Below, piece by piece: positions 40,550-53,872 of a DNA stretch of 64,000 nucleotides. Numbering within the stretch: position 1 is the stretch's first letter; each line of letters starts with the position of its first letter. The notes under the pieces are model-generated. The model searched no databases. It was not told the origin of the DNA and saw only the letters and a list, made by a program, of their open reading frames with translations. The DNA comes from Octopus vulgaris (taxonomy: Eukaryota): assembly GCA_951406725.2 (NCBI GenBank), contig OX597817.1:39680001-39744000 (forward strand), read 5' to 3'. The translations under genes were made by a program, and so were the position numbers.

Positions 40550-40772
40550 TCCTTTCGAAACCAACATGGCTGAAACCGCCTCTTGCTCTGTAGTACAAAT
40601 GTCTTATTTTCATAAGTTTTGAATTAAAATCTTCCACCAAACCTTAGTCACAATTTATGTTCCTAACACTAGATTAATAATAACTAAGTCATTTTACTAA
40701 ATTCTTTGTTATATTTAAAATTAATTGAAAGAAACACAGAGCATCTCAAAAGTAAATACGGTAATGAAAGGG
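40550..40772 (+). mobile_element. TTAA-target MITE, family 1
   Basis: Same body; right end GAAAGGG|TTAA; left end mutated. Confidence 0.82.
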
Positions 40773-40854
40773 TTAAAAGGCTGAGAGGGATCTGTACCTG
40801 CTTTTGATTGCATGATCACCTAAAGCAGATAATGACAGCATGATCGTTAGTGTT

Positions 40855-41062
40855 CCTTTCATTAATATATTTCTATTGAAATACACTGGTTTTGTTTTAG
40901 TTAATTTTGATAATAACAAAGAATTTAGTAAAATAATTCTGTCATTATCAAGCTGGTGTTCAGAACATAAATTAACATGGAATTTTGATGGATGGTTTTA
41001 ACTGAGATCTGTTTTATATCATGAAACCAAAGACAGTCTCAGTTGGGTTGGTAGGAAAAAGG
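40855..41062 (-). mobile_element. Older MITE related to family 1, inverted orientation (another copy at about 51130-51340, +)
   Basis: Reverse complement resembles the family 1 body (aagaatttagtaaaataa...gaacataaatt); ends AAAAGG|TTAA. Confidence 0.6.
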
Positions 41063-41092
41063 TTAAATTTTTATATTTGCGATGTTTCAAGT

Positions 41093-41383
41093 CATGGAGG
41101 CACAATGGCCCAGTGGTTAGGGCAACGGACTTGCGGTTGGAGGATCACGGTTTCAATTCCCAGACCAGGCGTTGTGTGTGCTTATTGCGCAAAAACACCT
41201 AAAGCTCCACAAGGCTCCGACAGGGGGTGGTCGTGACCCCTGTTGTACTCTTTTGGCCCATCTTTCTCTCACTCTTTCTTCTTGTTTCTTGAGTAATGCT
41301 GCGATGGACTGGTGTCCCGTCCAGCTTGGAGGAACCCATGAGCCTGGCTAGGCTTGAAAAGGACGCATAAATAAGTAAAAAAA
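41093..41383 (+). mobile_element. tRNA-derived SINE family D with 11-bp TSD
   Basis: TGGCCCAGTGG A-box, GGTTTCAATTCC B-box, A-rich tail; TSD atgtttcaagt at 41082-41092 and 41384-41394. Confidence 0.85.
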
Positions 41384-41593
41384 ATGTTTCAAGTAGTTGA
41401 TATTCAGTCTTATTTAGATAGATACTGATTTAGTCAACAAACCATGGGCTAAAACTGAAAACCTTATCTTGAATATGTGTCATGATCTATTTGACCCGTC
41501 ATAAAGTTTATACTAATTGCCTTTATGTAAAAGCAAATGAAAAAAAGTTTATATTTAATCTATTGAGCAACAAACTTTTGCTTTCTTCTCCAG

Positions 41594-41755
41594 GCTGCAG
41601 AATTTGAGTTACATGCTACCCAGACACAGCTGGATTATTACAACAGCAAAGGTACCCAGTTACTGGAAGAGTTACAGAAAGTTCCTAAATTGGATTTGTC
41701 TCAGATTGAAAAAGAAATTAAAACGATCAACCACTCATGGGAAACAACTAATGAT
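41594..41755 (+). CDS. SYNE1: Spectrin-repeat exon 7 (54 aa, phase 0/0; absent from ORF track)
   Basis: ttcttctccAG|gct; AAEFELHATQTQLDYYNSKGTQLLEELQKVPKLDLSQIEKEIKTINHSWETTND|GTaagc. Confidence 0.9.
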
Positions 41756-42209
41756 GTAAGCTAATTGTTACATTTACTTTCCTTCTTCTGCACAGCTAAT
41801 ATTGATTGCAATAGTCATCCTTATCCATTATTGTCTACTTTCCATGTTGGCATGGTTTGGACAATTTGTTACAATCCAAGTCAGTTCTTATTTAGAGTAT
41901 TTGAGGAAAGTGGCTTTGTACCAAGTGTTAGGACATTAAAATATGATTGAGGGATAGAAACAAGGTCCTTGCTTATGAGGAGATACATAGTAACTCCAGT
42001 AAGAAAAGATGGTGGTGAAATTGTGTGAGGATGCACCCTCAAGGAAGGGGCATATATGAGAAGTGGTACAGAAGATTGGATTAAAAACAAAGAGAACCAA
42101 GTAAAATATTAGATGTACTATTTCTGTATTTATTGGAAAACATACCATTGTGTGAATATCCACGCATCTCTTTCATTAATTTCATTTTTTTTTTGTTGTT
42201 TTAAAACAG

Positions 42210-42383
42210 ACCATCATACTTCAGAAGGAAAACTGTGAAGCTCAGCTCGTCTGCTGGGAGCAATTACTCACAGGAATAGAGGAAATCAAAAATTGGATTG
42301 TGCCTCTTATTAAAAAATTTGAAGATAACTTGAATAACTTTGAAGACACAGTTACTGTGGAAACAAGACTTCTATCATATAAG
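42210..42383 (+). CDS. SYNE1: Spectrin-repeat exon 8 (58 aa, phase 0/0; absent from ORF track)
   Basis: ttaaaacAG|acc; TIILQKENCEAQLVCWEQLLTGIEEIKNWIVPL...RLLSYK|GTctgt. Confidence 0.88.
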
Positions 42384-42661
42384 GTCTGTATTTGTGGGCC
42401 TTTTTTGTTTTTTTCTTTTCTTGAATAATTGTCTCAGATTTTTCACTTTGTTCATATGTTACTCTATATACATGGCACAACCCTTCTGTTACCATATAAT
42501 CCTCTTCTTATAGAAATCTTTGAAAAAACATCTGTTCTTCATCACATGTTTTTCACTTCTTAATTTTTTTAACTATTTCTTCTATTAATTGTTACTTTTT
42601 CTTTTTTCCCTTCACTTACCATTCACTATTATCATTGTTTTCATTTCTTTGACTCCTCTAG

Positions 42662-42979
42662 GAAGAAGTTCCTTATTTTACCAAAATATTTGTTGAAGTA
42701 CAGCAAAAAATCAAAGACTTGCAAGAACTAAATGGCAATATTGTGATATCAAGTTTGAATCATTCTCAGAGTGAGATCAAACAACATTTCGAACATGCTG
42801 AAAGTCTTGCACGGCAGCTGGAAATGATCATAGGAGATTTCTCATCACAACACAAGAACTTGTCGGCCAGTCTTGAAGATGAAACAAAATGGTTAACTTC
42901 AACTAAGAATTCACTTTTGAAATTCAATGATGTTTCTAAAATTGAAGAAGATATTGCCGACCAGATAATGAAATTAAAG
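42662..42979 (+). CDS. SYNE1: Spectrin-repeat exon 9 (106 aa, phase 0/0)
   Basis: ctcctctAG|gaa; EEVPYFTKIFVEVQQKIKDLQEL...ETKWLTSTK...IMKLK|GTctgc. Confidence 0.9.
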
Positions 42980-44477
42980 GTCTGCCTTCCAAATATTTTG
43001 TTTTTATTTTAAGAAAATTCAAAAAATTTTATTTGATAAGTAATTTTATTGTGAATGTTACTTTGTATAAGATCTTCGATGACTGCATGATAGGTAAAAC
43101 TTCTTAATTTGTCTTTACAATGTTTCTTTGTATTTTTTCCAACTGAAAAGCTATATATTTCCATTGATAATGCATATTTAAATGGCTCTATTTTTAATCA
43201 AAGACATTGTTTCATGATAATTTTGTAGCTACCGTTTGTAGGCAAACCTTTTTAGAAAATTGCCACAGAATTGTTCACTTATTAATTTTAAATTAGATTT
43301 TTTCAAAGATGAATATTTCCAAGATGCAACTTGGAATAATCAATTCATCTTTTCTTTCCAAAATATTTTCTTCTTTTCTCATAAATGGAAAATCTTTATC
43401 AAAAGAAGCAAAATATAAAGATAAAAAGCAAAAAAAAAAAATTATCACAGTGTGCTTAGGAAAATAAATAAAGAACAATAATGATTGGAAGTTATCAGAA
43501 CATAGCTGCAGGATATATATTCACATGAAACATTAAAGCAAATAAAACTTTCATAAGAAATTTTAAAGTATGATGAATGATCTAATTACTGTTTTGGATA
43601 TTAGACAAAAATTTAAATTTAAGGAATCTTTTTATAATTTAGTAGGAAGGGCAGAAATTATGACCATTTTCAGTGCTACTGTGAGTGGTAGGATGAAGGG
43701 AGGTGGTTGCCTTTGGACTGGAATGTTAGCCCAAATTCTTGCAGCTAACTGTACTCTGCTAAAGACATCTATACACCAGGTAATGGTGTTTATTTAGCTA
43801 GGCTAGGAATTAAGTCTACTACCCTCCAAGGGCAGGAATGGTGCCTCTGATGGACATCCACACACACAGTTTCTGTCAACCATAGTTTCACTTACAAGGC
43901 ATTAATCAACCTAAGGCCATAGTGTTCTTTACCAATATGCATCAATGAAAGATATTTATAATAAAACACATCTTTGGTAGATGGAAACTGTGTGGAATCC
44001 TATCGTGTGTGTATGTGCATGTGATTATCAGTACCATAATCAGTAGCAGCATTTAATGTCCACTTTCCCATGCTTGTAAGGGCCAGATGGAATTTTTCAT
44101 GGCAAATTTTCTACAACTGGCTGCTCTTTCTATCACCAACCCTCACCTGTTTCCACTCAAGGCAATATTTCCTCATGGCTTATGGAAGACTGGAAATGAA
44201 CAACATTATTTATATGAAGGTGATGTTCATGTACAACCACTATATAATACATATACACACACAGACACTTACATATATAGATATACTATGGGCTTCTTTC
44301 AGTTTCTGTCTACCAAATCCACTTAGTGAGCCTGGAACTATAGGAAAAGACACTTGCTCACGGTGCTGTGAGGTGGGATGGAACCCAAGGCCACATATCT
44401 GGGAAGCAACCTTCCTAACCACAAAGCCACACAAGCATCTATTAGCACATGTGTGTGTATATGCATATATGTATATA

Positions 44478-44556
<79 letters not shown>

Positions 44557-44909
44557 TGTGTGTATATATATATATGCGCGTATGTGTGTATATATATATA
44601 TATATATCATTCTCCATGCTTATTCTGTGTGCATGTGTGTATGTGTGTGTGCAAATCTTTGCATGCCAACAGTGCTTGATGACTAGTGTTTGGCAAAAAG
44701 AGAATGATAAAATATGTACAAAACTTTAAAAATACAAGTACCAGGTTTGATTTGTGTGACCAAATTGTGCAAAGCTGTTCCCAGCATGGCTGCAGACCAA
44801 TAACTGAAATAAGCAAAAAAAAATAATAAATAAATAAAATAAAAGAATATATGCTGGACATATGTGCCTGTTAACCATGAGAACCACAAAATAATGGGAA
44901 AGATAATAG

Positions 44910-45180
44910 TTGATATATAGAAAGAAAGGTAGATAGATAGAAATATAGGTAGATAGACAGACAGAGAGATGGATAGATGATAGATAGATATATATATAAA
45001 ATAGATAGATAGGTAGCTAGGTAGGTAGGTAGGTAGGCAGGCAAGCAAGCAGGCAGACAGACAGAAACAGATAGGTTGATAGGTAGATGGCTAGAGATAG
45101 ATAGATACTACAGATTGATAGATGGTAGATAGACAAATAATAGATAGATTGAAAAAGAGATGGGGAGAGAGAGAGAGATG
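44910..45180. repeat. Degenerate (GATA)/(GGTA)/(GA)n array
   Basis: Direct reading. Confidence 0.9.
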
Positions 45181-45641
45181 GATCTATGGCAGCACAACAA
45201 TAAATGTGTTTCCTTTGAAATGAAATGCAAGAAATACAGAACAATATATTAGAGTAGTGGCAGAGTAGGGGATGATGGTGTCCCCTAATTCTAAGGACAA
45301 TGATGAGATTCATTTTTATTGCTTGCTAAGGAAATATTTTTTACCATTGTTCTGGTTTGCATGTTGAAAGTAATGGTAACCCTATAATTAAGTACAGCTG
45401 TATAGTGTGTCACTGTTATAGAATATGTTTGAAATTCTTAGCAGCGTGATAATTATATGATATTGTTGAGTGTTTTATAGATTGATGCGGTACCCTATTA
45501 TATAGCAATCATCCTATCATCCAGTTGTTCATCATTTAATATCTATCCAATTTTTACCATTTAGTAGTAGCCAGCCAATTCTTTCAATAACAGTTTATTA
45601 GTCTTTTTTTTATTTTTATTTTCTTTTTTCTCTTTTATCAG

Positions 45642-45962
45642 GATATGAAACAAGAACTAACTTCACACGAAACAAACAGCAAGTTATTGTTAAATGAAGC
45701 AGATAACTTACAAAAAACCTTCCAGTCAGCTGAAGCTTCCAACCTGTTCAAAGACGTCCAAATTCATTGCCAAAAGATTGATTCTTTGTCGAATCGGTTT
45801 GCGAAAACAGAAAACATGCTGTTTGAGTGCCTTGAACAAAACTGCAAAGAACACCACCACAAACTCTCTGAGAAGGCTGAACCACTGACAGAAAAACTCT
45901 CTTGGTGTAGTGAAGTTGGTGGAGATCAACAAGCTATTGAGATTAGGCTGAAGGCTGTGAAT
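45642..45962 (+). CDS. SYNE1: Spectrin-repeat exon 10 (107 aa, phase 0/0)
   Basis: long T-tract + atcAG|gat; DMKQELTSHE...IEIRLKAVN|GTaaga. Confidence 0.92.
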
Positions 45963-45971
45963 GTAAGAACA

Positions 45972-46017
<46 letters not shown>

Positions 46018-46062
46018 CATTACTATTATAATAATAATTATTATTATTATTACTATTATTAT

Positions 46063-46596
46063 TGAGTGAGAGAGCAATGCATGCCATCAAAGTGACACAA
46101 GTACAAATATATGAGGCCCAATATACCCATCATGACTACCCATCCGATAAAGATACACCAGGCACATGCATCACAACCATATGTGCATAACATGGTGATC
46201 TCATATCAAGATAAACAGTACATGACCACTTAGAATGTTTTTCTGGTTGAGTAGCCCATCCTACTCAAAAGGTCCCTGAATAAGGTTTGTTTAAGGATGA
46301 TGAATGAAACACCCATGTTTCCAGCAGTGAATTATTCAAGCCGCAAAGAATTTTTCTCAACACATGGCTATAATGCTCCCCCACTACTCCTGTTCATGAT
46401 CAGAGATGCACATATTATCAGCCTCTAAGAGACATGCTTGCCTGGTTAAGGTCTAGCAACTAACAAGCAAATCTGTTGTATTGAGCAGAATATTTGCTGT
46501 AGCTCATCTTTTGCACCAAGACAAAACATGTACATTTTAACATTTCCAATCTGTTAAGATGAAAAGCAACTGCCTGTTACTGTATCAGGACATTCA
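46063..46596 (-). mobile_element. Non-coding element embedded in (ATT)n, longer copy
   Basis: Same termini as 9718-10077, about 200 bp extra internal sequence, (ATT)n on both sides. Confidence 0.8.
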
Positions 46597-46641
46597 TTAT
46601 TATAATTATTATTATTATTGTTGTTGTTGTTATTATTATTA

Positions 46642-46701
<60 letters not shown>

Positions 46702-47501
46702 TCATCATTATTTCTAAATTATGGTAACAAGCTGGCAAAAGCATTAGCATGCTGGACAAAATGCTTTGTGGCCTTTTGCTCGTCTTCACGTTCTGAGATC
46801 AAATTCTGCCGAGGATAGCATTACCTTTCATCCTTAGGTTTGATAATATAAGTACCAGTTGAGTATTGGGGTCGATGCAGTCGACTTACCCCCTCCCCCA
46901 AATTGCTGGCCTTGTGCCACAATTTGAAATTATCATCATTATTAACAGATGAAATACCGCTAAGTATTTGATCCAGCATGCTAATGATTCTGCCAGCTCG
47001 CTGCCTTTATGTGAAATAATAATTAAACTGACCATGCTATAGAAGCAAGAAGGATAAAATAAACATCGATTTCGCAATTCCTTATGATAGCAGAGTCAAT
47101 ACCAAAGAAATTGAAAAAAAGCCAAGAAATATCAGGATTTAGCCATAGAGTTGAGGAGACTGTGGACGACCAAGACAACAATTATTCCTGTTGCCCAGAC
47201 ATTGATTTGATGGCGGGTGTACCATGCGTCAGGTGTCAAAATGTTTGCAGAGCAGCATGAAATGAGGTGTTTTGCTCAAGAACACAATACACTGACTAGT
47301 CTAGGAATTGAAAGCATGATCTCATGATTGCAAGTGCAACAATCTAATCACTAGACCATGCATCTATTATTATGATGATAACAATAATGATGATGATAAT
47401 AAGGAAGTGAAACAAAATCAGTATGTGTTTTTATTATTGGTATAATGAACCTCTTGAAATACAACAAAATTTTTATTATTGTTTTACATTTTAAATCACA
47501 G

Positions 47502-47671
47502 GATCTTCTTTCTAATGTGCCAAAAGAAGAAACAGATCGGCAGTTAGTGTTGAAAAAGGCAGAACAGTTATCAGCTATATTACCAGATGGGAAACAAATT
47601 AAGTTGAAACAACAACGAGATAATGCTAACCAATTGTGGAACACATCTATTAAGCAGATGGAGGAGATCAA
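47502..47671 (+). CDS. SYNE1: Spectrin-repeat exon 11 (170 nt, phase 0/2)
   Basis: aatcacAG|gat; DLLSNVPKEE...NQLWNTSIKQMEEI-aa|GTaagt. Confidence 0.9.
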
Positions 47672-48465
47672 GTAAGTCATGATGAATTATAAATTTCAAA
47701 TGATATCAATATTCATATATATTTGTATATATGTGTATCTGTGTTTGTTTGTGTATGTGTGTTGTATACGAAAGTATGTGTGCATGGAAGTGTGTGTTTG
47801 TGTTTCCTTGTCTTGACATCATGCCCTAATTGTACATGAACAATTTCAGTTGTCATGGAACAGGTGAGGGTTGATGACAGGAATGGTACTTGGCCTTAAA
47901 GAGACTCTCTCAATGAATTCTGCATGAAGAAGTGGACATTGAAATGATGATGAGGGAGGAGGCCAATGGTGTGTGTGTGTGTGTATGTGTGCATGTGCAT
48001 GCACATTTATACATTCATGCTGGAATAAGAAGAGTTGAAATTAATGCATGCAAGATTTCACAGCTCTAGCATCACTCCTTCATAGTCAGCTTATGAACTT
48101 TTCAGCCCACCCTCATGTATAATATATGCCGTCATCATTATATGCATGTTGATGTGTGTGTGTGTGTTTATATCCTTCCATTTTTACACGCAAATGTGGC
48201 ATAAAAATTGAGTTGTGGTAAAAAAAAAATTTAATTTCAAATAAATACTTACATGTACTGTATAACATATATTGAGTACTCTTTTTCTCATTCATTTACA
48301 AGTTGTGACATTTTCATGTGTGTGTGTATTTTCCCATTTATACTCTCATATACATACACATTTTCTCTCTCTCACTCAAGAGTACATATTGTATAAAATA
48401 TTTTTTTTTATTTCATTGTTTGTAAAATTCCTCTCTAAACTATTTCTAATTGCTTTGTTTGATAG

Positions 48466-48622
48466 AATTACTCTTGAAAATTCCAAGAAACAACTGAAGG
48501 AATATGATCAAAGTTATGAAATTCTATCTAACTGGATGAAAAAAGCAGAGAATAAACTGAAGGACGGCTCCTCATTAAAACCTGATTTACCAAAGAAGGA
48601 GGAACATCTTGAATTTATCAAA
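48466..48622 (+). CDS. SYNE1: Spectrin-repeat exon 12 (157 nt, phase 2/0)
   Basis: tttgatAG|a-att completes the AAA codon split from exon 11; ITLENSKKQL...LSNWMKKAE...LEFIK|GTaatt; exons 11+12 total 109 aa. Confidence 0.9.
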
Positions 48623-49765
48623 GTAATTCGCATTTTTTTCTAAACAAAAGGACATTGATTGAATCTTGTCTTCATTAAAGACTAGACAGAAAATGCTATT
48701 TTGTTGTTGTTGAAGTTGTTGATGTTGTTGCTGTTTAACCAAGTCATTTCTGTTGTAGTGGACCTGTGATGAAAAGTTTTCTAACTATTTCCATATTAGT
48801 TTGTCTAAAGACATGGTGCATTTATCCAAGATATTTTTCCATTTTTAACATGATAAAATGTTACCTGGTCTCAGGAAGGCGCAGGCATGGCTGTGTGGTC
48901 AGAAGTTTGCTTCCCAACCACATAGTTCCAAGTTCAATCCTACTGCGTGGCACCTTGGGCAAGTGTCTTCTGCCACATGTTCTCATCATCATCATTTAAT
49001 GTCCACTTTCCATGCTGGCATGGGTTGGATAGTTTGACTGAGGACTGGCAAGCCAGGAGGCTGCACCAGGCTCCAATCTGATCTGGCAAGGTTTCTACAG
49101 TTGGATGCCCTTCCTAACACCAACCATTTTGAGAGTGTAGTGGATACTTTTTATGTACCACCAGCATGGGGACCAGTCAGCTGGTACTAGCATCGACTAT
49201 GTTCACATGGGGCTTTTTCCATGCCACTGGTATGGGAACCAGTCAGGTGGTACTCTAGTTGACAAAAACCTTGTGAGTGGATTTGGTAGATGAAACTGAA
49301 AGAAGCCCATCTTATATGTATACGTGTGTGTGTGTGTGTGTGTGTCTGTTTATCCCCCACCACTTGCTTGACAATCAGTGTAAGTGTGTTCATGTCACTG
49401 TAACTTAGCTGTTTAGCAAAAGAAATTGATAGAACTCCTTTCAGTTGCAAGGCTTCAGATCAAGAGTTCAAGTGTCTTGGGAAGAATGGATAGAATTACT
49501 TTTACTCACCGCTGCTTTCAGTCTAACTCTGGTGCTGAGAGTTAGTACCTTTCAAAGACCCCTGTTATGGGTTAAATAGCAGAAGATGGTTCTGTGGCTT
49601 AGGCATGAAGGGCTCAGATGAGGGTCAGCCCCTACATACATGTCACATTGGACCCCTAAGGTGAAAGGGTGTGGCCTGGTGGTTAGAGTATTCAGCTCAT
49701 AAACATAAGGTCATGAGTTCAATTCCCCGCAATGCATTGTATCCTCGAGCAAGACCCTTTATTTC

Positions 49766-49887
49766 TGTTATATCGCACGTTCGGTTGACCTCTACTCAAC
49801 TCCTTCACGTCTAGACTTCTCCCTCTATATCTACGTATTGGGCTAGCCTACTTCATCGTCGGGGGGGGGGGGGGCGTCAGTACAACA
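49766..49887. mobile_element. 122-bp solo-LTR-like insertion with a 5-bp TSD
   Basis: ATTTC|TGTTATA...TACAACA|ATTTC, interrupting a SINE (cttt atttc acattgctcc). Confidence 0.72.
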
Positions 49888-50369
49888 ATTTCACATTGCT
49901 CCAGTCCACTCAGCTGGCAAAAATGAGTTGCACCTGTAATTTAAAGGACCAGTCTTGTCACATTCCATGTCATGCTTAATCCCCCTGAGAACTACATTAA
50001 GGGTATGGGTGACTGTGGAGTACTCAACCATTTGCATGTTAATTTCACGAGCAGACTGTTCCATTGATCATATCAACTGAAACCCTTGTTGTCCTAATTG
50101 ACGGAGTGCCAGTTTGAGTTTGGACCCCTGATGTGTGGATGTGCCCTGATGTTATGTGTATATGTCTCCCTTGCCCAAGGGTTAACGAGGTGTTGTGTCT
50201 CAATGGTAAGCTTGAGAGATGAGATCAACAGAGTAAACAGTAAACAAAACTCACAAAAGCTAATGGGAAACCATGGCGATATTTTCCCTGAGGAAAATCA
50301 TGAATCTTCAGGCTTTGGCACAAAGGTGTATTTTTAAGAGAAAAATGTGAATTCTTGTTTCATAAATGT

Positions 50370-50540
50370 TATTGTGGTTGCTGCTACTACAGGTGGTGGT
50401 GCTGCTGCTGTTCTTATTGTTACTGCTGCTGTTGTTACTGTTATTGTTGTTGCTGTTTATGTTGTTGTTATTGCTGCTCCTGTTATAATTGCTGCTGTTA
50501 CTGTTGTTGTTATTGTTGCTGCTGCTGTTGTTGTTATTGT

Positions 50541-50584
<44 letters not shown>

Positions 50585-50648
50585 TCATTGTTATTGCTGC
50601 TGCTGTTGTTGTTGCTGCTGCCGTTGTTATTGCTGCTGCTGTGGTTGT
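50370..50648. repeat. Composite (GCT/GTT/ATT)n microsatellite
   Basis: Direct reading. Confidence 0.95.
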
Positions 50649-50687
50649 AGTTTAGCCCCAGGTCGACCATGTTCAAGTAGACCTATC

Positions 50688-50921
50688 TATTTCTTTACTA
50701 CTCACAAGGGGCTAAACACAGAGGAGACAAACAAGGGCAGACAAATGGATTAAGTCAATTATATCGACCCCAGTGCATAACTAGTACTTAATTTATCGAC
50801 CCCGCAAATGATAAAAGGCAAAGTCGACCTCGGCGGAATTTGAACTCAGAATGTAACAGCAGACAAAATACGCATTTCTCCTGGCGTGCTAATTAATGTT
50901 TCTGCCAGCTTGCCGCCTTTT
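50688..50921 (-). mobile_element. SINE family B with 16-bp TSD
   Basis: TSD ttcaagtagac(c/t)tatc at 50672-50687 and 50922-50937. Confidence 0.85.
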
Positions 50922-51622
50922 TTCAAGTAGACTTATCATTAGACACATTACAACCACAAAAGTCTTGTCTTTTTTAACATCTATCTAGGACAGGGTTTCT
51001 CAACCATTTTTTATCTATAGAAGCCTTTGATTCTTATTTCATCCTGGTGGACCACCATAGACATTCAATTTTTAAAAACTAGCTTTATAGAAATGTCTTT
51101 TAAAACTCTGACATGTCCTTGCTTTATTTTACCATTTTCATACCAGCCTGGCTGTCATTGTGTACCTGGTTCTATGATACAAAATTCATATTTTAAAACA
51201 AGTTAAATTAAATCCTCCCATCACAATTTCACATTAATTTATATTCCAAACACCAGTTATTTTACCAAATTCTTCATCATTTTAAAAATTAAATACTACA
51301 AAGGCAGTGCATTTCAACAGAAATTTGGTAACATATTGGTTAAGATGGCAGGGTATGATTTGAGAGAGATATGTTTATTGCTTTCAGCTGGTGGGGCAAC
51401 CATGCAGAAGCTTCTTCATTAGCTCATGGTTGCACACACGTTTTCCACATCTGTACAGTTTTAAGAAATCCAAATGTCTTCAATTTTATTGGGGAAAAAA
51501 ATTCTAAAAAAAAATCAATCAATTATGGGATAGTCTTGTTCAATAATGTTGATTTTCATGACATTGCCAGTTGTTATAATATCTTTTTTTTTCCGTACCA
51601 AGGTTTGTTTAATTTAAGCAGC

Positions 51623-51624
<2 letters not shown>

Positions 51625-51669
<45 letters not shown>

Positions 51670-51918
51670 CATACATACATACACACACACACATATATTT
51701 ATATTCAATATATGTACATTTATATATATATATATATACAATATATATATACATATATATACACACACACATATATATGCATACAGATACATACATATAT
51801 ATACATACATACACACACGCATACATACACACACACATACATACATACACACATACATACATACATACACACATACACACATACATACATACATACATAC
51901 ATACATACATACATACAT

Positions 51919-51961
<43 letters not shown>

Positions 51962-52166
51962 CACACACACACACACATACATATATACATACATACATAT
52001 ATATACACACACACATATATATGCATACAGATACATACATATATATACATACACACACGCATACATACATACACACACACATACATACATACACACATAC
52101 ATACATACATACACACATACACACATACATACACACATACATACATACATACATACATACATACAT

Positions 52167-52217
<51 letters not shown>

Positions 52218-52258
52218 CACACACACACACACACATACATATATACATACATACATAT
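51625..52258. repeat. Compound (TA)/(CA)/(TACA)/(GACA) array with a 244-bp higher-order duplication
   Basis: Marker atgcatacagatac at 51777 and 52021. Confidence 0.92.
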
Positions 52259-52382
52259 TCTCAAATATTTTTCTTTGCAACTGTTCTTTCTACTTGGAAA
52301 TGTTTAAATATATGCAGAAAAGTTGTAAGAAATATCACAACTAATCAAATAATTTATTTTTTGTTATCTTTCTATTTGACAG

Positions 52383-52535
52383 AATCTTGGAGAAGATGCT
52401 AACAAACGTGCTGCCGAATTTGAAGCATTAAAGGAGAAAGCTGAAGTAATCACAAAATCAATGAGTGATGCTCGTACTGCCTCTTCAGCTGGACAACTTC
52501 ATACTCGTTATACAACATTCTGTAATGCACTAAAA
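52383..52535 (+). CDS. SYNE1: Spectrin-repeat exon 13 (51 aa, phase 0/0; absent from ORF track)
   Basis: tatttgacAG|aat; NLGEDANKRAAEFEALKEKAEVITKSMSDARTASSAGQLHTRYTTFCNALK|GTtagt. Confidence 0.88.
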
Positions 52536-53575
52536 GTTAGTGGACTGATTACATTTAATTTTCTCCCCCTTAGTATGTTCTTTTGCCATTGCTGCAATTT
52601 CAGACATTTCATTTGTTGACCAGTATTTTGTGAGTAAAGAGGGAAACTACTTGGAATCCCACCATACATACATGTATATATATATATATATGTAAGTATG
52701 TATGTATGTATGTATGTATCTAAGTATGTATGTATGCATATATATATATATGCATGCATACATATATGCATGTATGTATATATGTGTGTATGAATCATCA
52801 TCATCATCATCCATTTACTTTCCATGCTTGCATATGTTGGACAAGTCATCATGGACCAAGCTTGTTCTTATTCAGATCTACTTTACCTCTATGTGGGTCG
52901 GAAGACAAAATTCCATTTTTTCAATTTATTTTACAGGGTTTCCATGGTTGGATACCTTTCCTAACACCAACCACTGCATATATATCATCATCATCATCAT
53001 CATTTAACGTCTGCTTTCCATGCTAGCATGGGTTGGACGGTTCAACTGGGGTCTGGGAAGCCAGAAGGCTGCACCAGGCCCAGTCAGATCTGGCAGTGTT
53101 TCTACAGCTGGATGCTCTTCCTAACATCAACCACTCCGTGAGTGTAAGTGGTTGCTTTTTATGTGCCACCGGCACAGGTGCCAGACGAGGCTATATATGT
53201 ATATATATATATATATATATATGAAATATAAATTAGAGATAAAACCACTATTATGCAACTCAAACAGTGATAGACATAAACTAAAACATAAATAACAAAT
53301 ATTATATATTTTTATAAAACATATAACTAGATCTCAAAAAGTATAAAAATTAACGGTCAGTATATAATAAAAGCCCTTCTTTATATATAAATGTATATAT
53401 AACAAAAGTAATAATTTAAATGAGGAAAGGAATATTGACAATATTAAAAATAAGGGTTACTCCAAAGTACCAATAGCATTTCCTTCAATTCTATAATTAT
53501 ATATCACCTTTTAAGACCAACACATGTTTCAGTTACACTTATTAGTAATTTTTGAAATTGCAACCCTATTATAAA

Positions 53576-53580
<5 letters not shown>

Positions 53581-53635
<55 letters not shown>

Positions 53636-53758
53636 ATGTATATATATATATGTATGTATATGTATATATATATATGTATGTATATATATATATGTATGTA
53701 TATGTATATATATATATGTATGTATATGTATATATATATATATATATGTATGTGTATG

Positions 53759-53791
<33 letters not shown>

Positions 53792-53837
53792 ATGTATATA
53801 TATATATATATATATGTATGTATATGTATGTATATGT

Positions 53838-53869
<32 letters not shown>

Positions 53870-53872
53870 GTA
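53581..53872. repeat. (TA)n/(TATG)n array
   Basis: Direct reading. Confidence 0.95.

Noticed and set aside
41096-41170. tRNA gene candidates (also 16131-16200 and family A heads)
   Set aside because: They are SINE heads continuing into SINE bodies with tails and TSDs; no intact cloverleaf or terminator.
50308-50753. Cys-rich (metallothionein/keratin-like), poly-N/S and poly-A/V ORFs
   Set aside because: They are different frames of one GCT/GTT microsatellite, with no splice or domain support.
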